Assembly (NCBI GenBank): GCA_964630175.1
Contig: CAZVTS010000001.1
Span: 8,009 to 72,008 of the forward strand
Direction: 5' to 3'
Length of the DNA: 64,000 nt
Source: an uncultured bacterium
Lineage (GTDB): Bacteria > Deinococcota > Deinococci > Deinococcales > Trueperaceae
Positions 56,952 through 64,000 of the stretch are shown here, one piece after another. Both the position numbers and the translations under genes were made by a program. Every line of letters begins with the position of its first letter. The first letter of the stretch is position 1. The notes under the pieces were generated by a model, which was not told where the DNA came from, did not search any database, and saw only the letters and a program-made list of their open reading frames with translations.

Positions 56952-57473
56952 CTACTCCCCATGCTCCTCCAGGAACCGCCGGAAGTTCCCTAAGTTCGCC
57001 GGTTGGAACGTGCGGTCCGCATGGGTCTCGCTGCCGTCAAGGCGAACCTGTACTTCGTTAGCGTTGGCGATCCGCCGCAACTGGGGTAGATCGACCGAAT
57101 AATACGCCGTCTCGAGCACCTCGCCACCGTAGGCGACGGTCCGGTACAGGGTGCTGCCGTTGTCACTGGTGAACACGAGCGGTTGCCCGTCCACCAGGAG
57201 GGTCAACGACTCACCAGGTTCGATCAACAGCCACTCCTTCGCGCGGTACTGCACCACCAGGTCGTAATACATGAGGGGTCGATCGTCGTGCGTGACCTTG
57301 TGGATGTTGAGCTCGATGATGGCGCAGCCGGGGCAGCCACCACCCAAGACGTTCTCCTGCAGCCGCACGCTGGTGAAGGCGTTAGCGGCGTCCACGCTGG
57401 TGCGTACGGAGTACCCCGGTGCACAAGCTGCCAGAAGCAGCGCGATCAGCAAAGCCCAACTGGTTCTGAGCAC
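56952..57473 (-). CDS. Hypothetical lipoprotein
   Basis: Lipobox signal MLRTSWALLIALLLAAC. No family recognised. GC content looks lower than in the neighbours. Confidence 0.6.
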   Translation of the reverse strand: MLRTSWALLIALLLAACAPGYSVRTSVDAANAFTSVRLQENVLGGGCPGCAIIELNIHKVTHDDRPLMYYDLVVQYRAKEWLLIEPGESLTLLVDGQPLVFTSDNGSTLYRTVAYGGEVLETAYYSVDLPQLRRIANANEVQVRLDGSETHADRTFQPANLGNFRRFLEEHGE

Positions 57474-57540
57474 TTCCCTCCTTGGTGGTCACAACGAGGA
57501 GCCGGGGACTGCCGCTATCAGCTGCCGGTTCTCCCGCCGC

Positions 57541-57828
57541 CTAGGTGCTCTGGGCCCGCTTGCGGGCGGCGCCGAGCGGGTTCGACACGGCGTGGCGTGC
57601 CGCCGCCCAGGCGCGCTTGAGCTCCAGTTCCTCGGCGTCCAGGGTGGCGTCAGGCGCTTCCGCGAAGCGCGCCACCTCCTCGCCCTTGGCGTTCAGAACG
57701 GTATTGAGCACGGCGTGAAGCGAGGCACGAACCGCTAGGCCCTCACGGAGCATCTCCTGGAGCTCCAGCACACGGCTCACGAGGTCGTCCTGGCTCATCG
57801 CTTCTAGTTCGGCCTTGGTGCGCTGCAT
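57541..57828 (-). CDS. Hypothetical coiled-coil protein (95 aa)
   Basis: ORF with helical heptad-like sequence (KAELEAMSQDDLVSRVLELQEMLRE). No family recognised. Confidence 0.4.
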   Translation of the reverse strand: MQRTKAELEAMSQDDLVSRVLELQEMLREGLAVRASLHAVLNTVLNAKGEEVARFAEAPDATLDAEELELKRAWAAARHAVSNPLGAARKRAQST

Positions 57829-57884
57829 GCCTTGAGTCTACAACCGGGCGCGCCCGGGTTCGGGCACCCGCGGTAGCATGCCCC

Positions 57885-59228
57885 ATGTCGCAACAACTCA
57901 CGTCGTTGACGCTCTTCGAGGTGGCTGCGGGGTACCGCAACGGGAACCTAGACCCGGTGGAGGTGACCGAGGCGCACTTCGCCGCCATCAGAGCCCATCC
58001 GGACGGCCCGAAGGTGTACCGGGTCCTCATGGAGGAGCGAGCGCTGAGGCAGGCGCGCGCGGCACGAGCGCAGCTTCAGGCCGGTGTGGACCTAGGGCCG
58101 CTGCAAGGCGTTCCCATCGCCATCAAAGACCTGGTGGACACGGTGGGGGAGGTAAGTGCCTCGGGCTCTCGGGTGTTGCTGGATCGCCCGCCCGCCGCTG
58201 CGGACAGCCCGGTGGCCGCCCGTCTGGACGCGGTTGGAGCGGTGTTCCTCGGCCGCACCAACATGACGGAACTGGCCTACTCGGGCCTGGGCCTCAACCC
58301 GCATTTCGGCACGCCGGGTTCGGCTCTGGACCCCCGCAGGGTGCCGGGCGGCTCCTCCTCCGGCTCCGGCGTGGCCGTGGCAGCCGGACTGGCGGTGGCG
58401 GCGGTGGGGTCCGACACGGGCGGCAGCGTACGCATACCGGCGGCCGTGAACGGGGTGGTGGGCCTGAAGACCACGGACGGCCTGCTACCGACCGAAGGCA
58501 CCACGCCGCTCTCCACCACGCTGGACACCCTGGGGCCGCTGGCCCGCACCGTGGACGACACGTGGGCGCTCTACCTGGCCATGGCAGCCGAGCAGCATCG
58601 GCCCCTGAGAGCGCCAGGCGCGAGGCTGACCCTGCTGGCGCCGACCACGCTCCTGCTCGATGACCTCGACCACGAGACACGGGTGGGCTTCGAGGCCGCG
58701 CTGGAACGGTTCCAGGACCTGGGGCACGAGGTGAGGGTGGCGCCCCTGCCACTGCTTACAGAAGTGGACGCGCTCTACGGCAAGTACGGCAGCTTCTCGA
58801 GTCACGAGGCGTGGGCTCAGTACGAGCCCGAGTTCACCGCCCGGGCTGCCGAGTTCGATCCGCGGGTGCTCGGCCGGGTGCGGGAGTTCGGCAGTCGCCC
58901 GTCGGCGGATTACATCCGGCTCGGCTACGCGAGGGCGGACCTGCGCCGCCGCTTCTGGCCCGAACTCGCCGGCGTGGACGCCTTGGTGGCCCCGACCATC
59001 CCCCGGCTCCCGCCGTTCATCGCCGACCTGGCGGAAGACACTGCCTACTACGAGGCGAACCGCCTCATCCTGCGCAACACGGCAGCGTTCAACATCCTCG
59101 CCAGCCCCGCGGCAAGCGTGCCTATCCGCTACGCAGCCGGCGAGCTCCCGGTGAGCACCATGATCGTCACCAGGCCTGGCGAGGAGGAACTGGCGCTGGG
59201 CGTCGCCAGGCTGCTGGAGGAGACCTGA
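57885..59228 (+). CDS. Amidase-signature family amidase
   Basis: AS signature GGSSSGSGVAVAAGLAVAAVGSDTGGSVRIPAA, with the Ser-cisSer-Lys context (IAIKD). Confidence 0.9.
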   Translation: MSQQLTSLTLFEVAAGYRNGNLDPVEVTEAHFAAIRAHPDGPKVYRVLMEERALRQARAARAQLQAGVDLGPLQGVPIAIKDLVDTVGEVSASGSRVLLDRPPAAADSPVAARLDAVGAVFLGRTNMTELAYSGLGLNPHFGTPGSALDPRRVPGGSSSGSGVAVAAGLAVAAVGSDTGGSVRIPAAVNGVVGLKTTDGLLPTEGTTPLSTTLDTLGPLARTVDDTWALYLAMAAEQHRPLRAPGARLTLLAPTTLLLDDLDHETRVGFEAALERFQDLGHEVRVAPLPLLTEVDALYGKYGSFSSHEAWAQYEPEFTARAAEFDPRVLGRVREFGSRPSADYIRLGYARADLRRRFWPELAGVDALVAPTIPRLPPFIADLAEDTAYYEANRLILRNTAAFNILASPAASVPIRYAAGELPVSTMIVTRPGEEELALGVARLLEET

Positions 59229-59246
59229 CGCAGGGTGCTCAGGTCC

Positions 59247-59702
59247 TCAGGCGATCACGAGGTAGAGCACCTGCGCCACCAGGGCGGGGGTCGGGCTGTT
59301 CTCCACCTCCACCGTGCAGGCCAGGCTGAGCAGCTGACGCCCCTCGCCCTTGGGCTCGCAGGCGGTCACCTCGGCGCGGCACCTGACGCGGGCGCCGGAC
59401 GGCACGGGCGCCGGGAAGCGCGCCTTGTCGAGGCCGTAGTTCACTATCAGCTGAGCGTCGGTCGGCAGGATGTCGAGGTCCTGAACCATCGTCACAAGTA
59501 GCGACAGCGTGAGGTAGCCGTGCGCCACCGTGGTGCCGAACGGGCCAGTGGCGGCGCGCACAGGGTCCACGTGGATCCATTGCGGGTCCAGGGTGGCGTC
59601 GGCGAAGAGGTTGATGCGGTCCTGATCTATGCGCACCCAGTCTGAAGGCCCGAAGGTCTTGCCCACCTGGTGCGGCAGCTGTTCGAAGGTCATGCGGGTC
59701 AC
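59247..59702 (-). CDS. MaoC-like (R)-specific enoyl-CoA hydratase / hotdog-fold dehydratase
   Basis: Motifs DQDRINLFADATLDPQWIHVD and TVAHGYLTLS are typical of the MaoC dehydratase domain. Confidence 0.85.
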   Translation of the reverse strand: MTRMTFEQLPHQVGKTFGPSDWVRIDQDRINLFADATLDPQWIHVDPVRAATGPFGTTVAHGYLTLSLLVTMVQDLDILPTDAQLIVNYGLDKARFPAPVPSGARVRCRAEVTACEPKGEGRQLLSLACTVEVENSPTPALVAQVLYLVIA

Positions 59703-59759
59703 CTGTTCCTTTGGGTTCGGGGGCGTGCCAAGGCAGCCTCCCGAGGTTGCGCCAGCCTA

Positions 59760-60740
59760 TCAGGCGGGCCAGCCTGGCTCCTCACCGTCCGCCAACGGCG
59801 GCAGGTCGTCCATACGCGCCTTGGGCCACACGGAGCGCAGCAGGGCCAGCATGCCGAGCGCCGCGAACAGCCCGGCCAGGTACTTCACCAGCACGTCCGT
59901 CACGATCACCTGCGTCATCCAGCCCGCAGTGGCGTAAGGCTGCCCCCAGAAGGCCAGCAGGGTGAAGAGGACGGTGTCCAGCGGCGCGCTCACCGCGTTG
60001 GAGGAGGCCACACGCACGAGCCAGCGGCGCGCCAGCAGGCGCTGGTACACCTCCGTGTCCGCCGTCTCGGCCAGGAGGATGGTGACGAAGCTGACGATGA
60101 CGAACCGTAGCGGCGTGCCCAGCGAGGCGGCGAGCAGCACGTTGGCGGTGGCGGCCGTGAGGATCATGCCGTAGACGGCGCGGCGTCCGTAACGGTGCAG
60201 GCGGTCGCGCTGCGTGAAGGTGAGGCCGAAGAACAGCGTTCCTACGTTCACCAGGAAGAAGCCGCCTAGCGGGATGAAGCTGTCAAGCGTGAAGTTGGCG
60301 AGCAGGGTGGCCGCCACGTAAACGGTGCCAGCCGCAAAGAGTCCCGCCCGGCGCGGGGGCAGGCTCAGAACCGCCAGGCCGAGCCCCAGTGCTGTGGCCG
60401 GCGCAAGGAGGTAGCGCCACTCTCCGAGCGGGAAGAGGGTGCTTAAGGCGGCGGCCGCGGCGGCCGTGACCAGCAGAAGCGTCAGCCGCCTCACGCGGGC
60501 GCCAGCCGTGAGCGGCGCGGTCAGGTCGTGCATCGAACCCATGAAGAGGGCCCCGAAGAGGCCAGCGGCCAGCAGCGGGATGCGTTCAACCGGCGTCGGT
60601 CCGAAGCGCGAGAGCAGAGCCAGCACGGTCGGCCCGGCGCCCAGCAGCGCACCCAGGACCACCGCGCTCAGGTGCCCGTACCGGTTGGGGCGAGCTCCTG
60701 CGGGACGTTTCTGGGAGAAGGGTTCGGTGGTTACGCGCAC
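59760..60740 (-). CDS. VUT-family queuosine-precursor transporter (YhhQ-like) with an N-terminal extension
   Basis: The C-terminal ~220 aa match the YhhQ/DUF165 pattern (FGLTFTQRD, LLAETADTEVYQRL, SNAVSAPLDTVLFTLLAF, VKYL). The first ~100 aa are extra TM segments. The start is uncertain. Confidence 0.75.
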   Translation of the reverse strand: MRVTTEPFSQKRPAGARPNRYGHLSAVVLGALLGAGPTVLALLSRFGPTPVERIPLLAAGLFGALFMGSMHDLTAPLTAGARVRRLTLLLVTAAAAAALSTLFPLGEWRYLLAPATALGLGLAVLSLPPRRAGLFAAGTVYVAATLLANFTLDSFIPLGGFFLVNVGTLFFGLTFTQRDRLHRYGRRAVYGMILTAATANVLLAASLGTPLRFVIVSFVTILLAETADTEVYQRLLARRWLVRVASSNAVSAPLDTVLFTLLAFWGQPYATAGWMTQVIVTDVLVKYLAGLFAALGMLALLRSVWPKARMDDLPPLADGEEPGWPA

Positions 60741-60779
60741 GCCGTCAACGATGTTACGTGAGCGGCGTATGGTTGTGCC

Positions 60780-61247
60780 ATGAACGGTTCAGGATCGAAC
60801 GAGGACGCCACGCCGCTGGAACGCGCCCTGAGAACTGCCGCTACAGGCGCACCTACGGAGGTCTTCCTCGGCACCATGCCGGGCACGTTGCTGGAAGCAC
60901 TGGGGATTGACGTGCTGGAGGCGCGACCCGACCGGGTGGTGGCCACCATGCCGGTGGGACCGGCCCAGCACCAGCCTTACGGACTGTTGCACGGGGGCGC
61001 CTCCGTGGCGCTCGCGGAAACGGTGGCGTCGGTCGGTGCGTGCCTCCTGCCTGGAGGTGGAGTCCGCCGGGTGGTCGGTCTGGAGATAAACGCCAACCAC
61101 GTGCGCGCGGTCCGCTCCGGCACCGTCACCGCGGTCGGCGAGCCCCTGCATCAGGGGCGCAGCACTGAAGTCTGGTCGATAGAGATCCGTGACGACGACG
61201 GCCGCCTCGTCTGCGTGTCGCGCTGCACGGTGGCGGTTCTGGACTGA
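60780..61247 (+). CDS. PaaI-family hotdog thioesterase
   Basis: Motifs [29 protein letters not shown] and [25 protein letters not shown]. Confidence 0.85.
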   Translation: MNGSGSNEDATPLERALRTAATGAPTEVFLGTMPGTLLEALGIDVLEARPDRVVATMPVGPAQHQPYGLLHGGASVALAETVASVGACLLPGGGVRRVVGLEINANHVRAVRSGTVTAVGEPLHQGRSTEVWSIEIRDDDGRLVCVSRCTVAVLD

Positions 61248-61280
61248 AGGGAGCAGCCGCACCGGACTCCAGGCGAAAAG

Positions 61281-61313
61281 AGAAGGCGGGGCTCTCGATG
61301 AGCCCCACCTTCT
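61281..61313. terminator. Bidirectional terminator between the thioesterase gene and tRNA-Pro
   Basis: AGAAGGCGGGGCTC-TCGAT-GAGCCCCACCTTCT, 13 of 14 bp paired. Flanked by an A-tract on the 5' side and a T-rich tract on the 3' side. Confidence 0.75.
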
Positions 61314-61317
61314 TCTA

Positions 61318-61394
<77 letters not shown>

Positions 61395-61432
61395 ACGCAA
61401 CTTGTAAGTTTAGCCGAGGCGGGCCGCCATAA

Positions 61433-61657
61433 TCAAGGAGCGTACTCTCCCAGGCACTTCACGCACCCGAGCTGCTGACCCAGCCGCGCTGCGCGGCCTT
61501 CCGGGGTGAGCACCCAGCGGCGCTCCACGAGAGGCGGGTCGTGGCGTACATGCTGCGTGTGGCCGCAATCGAGGTCCGCCACCCAGTGCTGCTCCTCGTC
61601 CTGCTTGAACCCCACGATGACGCGCGAGGGCGGCGCGCCGGCGTCACCGCTCGGCAT
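61433..61657 (-). CDS. DUF3565-like small protein
   Basis: Reads VIVGFKQDEEQHWVADLDCGHTQHVRHDPP...LGCVKC, matching the DUF3565 pattern. Start at the internal ATG 61657. Confidence 0.6.
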   Translation of the reverse strand: MPSGDAGAPPSRVIVGFKQDEEQHWVADLDCGHTQHVRHDPPLVERRWVLTPEGRAARLGQQLGCVKCLGEYAP

Positions 61658-62210
61658 CGTCGAACCACCCCACCCTCTCCAGGGCAACCACGGCGGCGTC
61701 CGCGCTGAAGCCGCGCCGCGCCAGGAACCCGAACGCCTTGGCCCGAGCCTTCCTGAGCGCCTGCACGCGCCCGTACTCCTCCTCGTCGGAAGCCGCGCCT
61801 GCGTCGACCGGGCCGTCGCCAGATGGCTCGTAGCGCCACGCGTTCTTCAGCAGCAGCGCCGTAGCAGCCTCCGCCTGCTGCGCGGGGGAGAGCGCCCCAA
61901 GCTCGTGGTTTACGAGGTCCTCGCTCACGCCTTTGCGCCTCAGTTCCCGCCTGAGAACCAGGCGGCCCCGCGCCGCCTTGCGGGAGCTCACGTACTGCTC
62001 AGCGTAAAGGGCGTCGTCCACCAGCCGCAGCTCGGCCAGGCGCTGCAGCAGCGGATCGGCTTCATCCTCGGGCAGCCCACGCCGCAGCAGCCTCTCGCGG
62101 AGCTCGGCCACCGTGTACGAACGCCGCGCCAGCAGGAAGAGCAGGTAATCCCACGCCCGCTTGCTGGTGAAAGGCTTCGGCTCGCGCTGCCCTGGCGCCC
62201 GGCGCCGCAT
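61644..62210 (-). CDS. recX: Recombination regulator RecX
   Basis: Three-helix repeat pattern (AWDYLLFLLARRSYTVAELRERLLRRG, VDDALYAEQYV, LRRELRRKGV, FLARRGF). ATG at 62210 shares 1 nt with the upstream stop. Confidence 0.8.
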   Translation of the reverse strand: MRRRAPGQREPKPFTSKRAWDYLLFLLARRSYTVAELRERLLRRGLPEDEADPLLQRLAELRLVDDALYAEQYVSSRKAARGRLVLRRELRRKGVSEDLVNHELGALSPAQQAEAATALLLKNAWRYEPSGDGPVDAGAASDEEEYGRVQALRKARAKAFGFLARRGFSADAAVVALERVGWFDDAER

Positions 62211-63391
62211 CAACGCAGCACGGCCACCGGATCGAGCCGGGCGGCGCGGCGCGCGGGGATCAGGCCGGCGATGACGCTCGTTGCCAGCGACACGCCGCAC
62301 ACCCACAGCACGTCGAAGGCCTGCACCTCAACAGGGAGCTGGGTGATGAAGTAGAGATCGCCCGGAAGCGGGAACGGCTGCAGCCGGAAGTAAGCGCTCA
62401 CGAGCAGTCCCAGCAGCGCGCCCAGGATGGTGCCGCTGCCGCCGAGCAGGAAACCTTCGAGCGTGAAGATGGCGAGCACCTGCTTCTCGGTGGCCCCGAG
62501 CGCCCGCAGGATAGCTATCTCTTCGGTCTTCTCAGCCACGGTGAGAACGAGGATGTTGGTGATGCCCAGGGCCGCTACCAGCACGATCAGGAACACCACC
62601 ACGCTGATCACGGCCTTCTGGAGGCGCAGCTGGCTCACGAGGCTGCCGAACAGCCCCTCCCACGAGACGGGGCGAAGCGAGTAGCGGTCGGCGAGCGTGA
62701 GCCCCACGGCGTGCGCGCGGGTGGCGTCGTCGAGACGCAAGTGGTAGCCCGTTATGGCGCCCTCGCGGCCCAGGTACGCCTGCAGGTTGGCGAGCGACAT
62801 GTAGGACGTCACCGCGTCGATGAGCTCGTTGCCGACCCGGAAGGTGCCCACGACCTCGAACTCGGAGGTGGCGCCGTTGATGTCGCGCAGCATCACGGTG
62901 TCGCCGCGCAGCACGCCGAGCTGCTGGGCCAAGGAGGCTCCCAGGATGATGCCGCCCGCCTGCTCGAGCGCTTCCGCCTGCTGTCCGATGACGTCCAGGT
63001 CCAGCACCGCCGCCTCGAGGTCAGGCTCGATGCCCAGGATCTGCGTGTAACCCTGCCGGCCTGAGATGCCCAGCGCCGCGCTCGCGCGTCTGGCTATGAG
63101 CGCCTGACCCGTGAGCATCGGCGCCGCGGCAGCAACGTGCGGCTGCCTCTCCAGGTCCGCCAGAAGCTGCCTGTCGTCTGGCAGAACCTCCCCGGACACG
63201 TAGCTCTGCAGCGTCACCATCGGGGTGGCCCGCAGCGTGCTGGTTATGAGCTCGTCTATGAAGCCGTTGGTGAGGGAGAGCGCCACGATGAGCACCATCA
63301 CGCCCACGGCGACGCCGAGCACGGTTATGCCGGACTGCAGACCGCGCCGCCTGACGTGCCGCCAGGCCATGTAGGGTACGAAGGAGCGCAC
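62210..63391 (-). CDS. ABC transporter permease, FtsX/LolCE family
   Basis: Has MacB-type topology: TM1, a periplasmic domain, and a C-terminal FtsX domain (ILRALGAT, LIPARRAARLDPV). Confidence 0.85.
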   Translation of the reverse strand: MRSFVPYMAWRHVRRRGLQSGITVLGVAVGVMVLIVALSLTNGFIDELITSTLRATPMVTLQSYVSGEVLPDDRQLLADLERQPHVAAAAPMLTGQALIARRASAALGISGRQGYTQILGIEPDLEAAVLDLDVIGQQAEALEQAGGIILGASLAQQLGVLRGDTVMLRDINGATSEFEVVGTFRVGNELIDAVTSYMSLANLQAYLGREGAITGYHLRLDDATRAHAVGLTLADRYSLRPVSWEGLFGSLVSQLRLQKAVISVVVFLIVLVAALGITNILVLTVAEKTEEIAILRALGATEKQVLAIFTLEGFLLGGSGTILGALLGLLVSAYFRLQPFPLPGDLYFITQLPVEVQAFDVLWVCGVSLATSVIAGLIPARRAARLDPVAVLR

Positions 63392-63408
63392 CCGGCTAGG
63401 TTATCGCG

Positions 63409-64000
63409 TCAGCGGGAGGCCAGCAGCGCGGGCGTGGCGTCGAAACCGGACGCCAGGCTGGGCAGCAGCTCTGGGCCGTCGCGCCCATAACGCACGAGCT
63501 CCACTTCCACCTTGCGGACGCCCCAGCGTACGGCGGTATCGTAATGCTCGAACCACACGTCGATCTGTTGGCTCTTGCGCGCGTGCATGGTGTCTTCCAC
63601 CACGAAGAGTTGCTGGCCGTCGAGCATGGACTGGAACGCTCCGACGCCGTTGCCGGTGTGATAGGCGCCCAGGTCGCGGATGCGCACCAGCGACCCGTAG
63701 GGCAGGTTGGTGCCCAGCAGGTCGCGGCTCACTGCCACCACGCCGAAGCGCGTGCGGCTGCCCGTGGCGGTTATGAACGGCGTGGAATCCGTTTGGCTCT
63801 CTAGCGAGTTGTAACCAGTGGCTCTGAGCGTGTAGCGCGGGTTGGCCACGGGCCCCTGGTAGGCCGCGTGGAAATCCGGAAGCAGGCGTGAGCTGCTCGT
63901 GACCACCGCTCTGGGAGCGATGGTGAGCGCCACCTCTGTGACCGGTTCGCTCCGCGGAGCGCTGAAGGCCGTGATGAGCGCGGCAAGTACCAGACCAAGA
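63409..64000 (-). CDS. 3D-domain (RlpA/MltA-like) secreted protein, 5' end beyond the window
   Basis: 3D-domain pattern (ATGYNSLESQTDSTPFITATG, VAVSRDLL, GSLVRIRDLG). The frame stays open upstream to the window edge, through a signal-peptide-like LGLVLAALITAFSAP. Confidence 0.7.
   Translation of the reverse strand, partial: LGLVLAALITAFSAPRSEPVTEVALTIAPRAVVTSSSRLLPDFHAAYQGPVANPRYTLRATGYNSLESQTDSTPFITATGSRTRFGVVAVSRDLLGTNLPYGSLVRIRDLGAYHTGNGVGAFQSMLDGQQLFVVEDTMHARKSQQIDVWFEHYDTAVRWGVRKVEVELVRYGRDGPELLPSLASGFDATPALLASR

Overview
High-GC bacterial chromosomal segment, about two-thirds G+C by eye, tightly packed on both strands with mostly housekeeping genes. I call about 62 protein genes and 3 tRNAs (Arg-CCG, Asn-GUU, Pro-CGG). 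I found no rRNA, CRISPR array, transposase or integrase. Gene content includes Skp/OmpH, a LolE-like permease, PilD, a Taq-type M32 carboxypeptidase and class II NrdJ, with many GTG/TTG starts and 4-nt GTGA gene overlaps. This fits a diderm high-GC lineage such as Deinococcus-Thermus, but that assignment is inference only. Recognisable operons are ffh-rpsP-KH-rimM-trmD, argF-argC-argJ, rpiA-acpS-rnhA and maf-mreC. Points worth a second look: (1) a SARP/BTAD-NB-ARC-TPR regulator beside a small secreted two-Cys peptide ORF and an extended DsbA-like oxidoreductase, with phased GGTTAACGG repeats in the shared promoter region. (2) a bacterial VTC-domain plus DUF4956 pair linked to an OmpR/HK two-component system, with the DUF4956 gene apparently frameshifted near its 5' end. 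(3) a full-length LAGLIDADG intein inside nrdJ at the NPCGE active-site cysteine. (4) a low-GC, integrase-less islet (truncated cupin, PaiB, remnant ORF) abutting the 3' end of tRNA-Arg. (5) candidate cis-regulatory elements: a leuS leader with a mini-ORF and intrinsic terminator, ARG-box-like palindromes upstream of argF, and a 20-nt repeat upstream of nrdJ. All functional calls come from reading motifs in the supplied translations. No database search was run.
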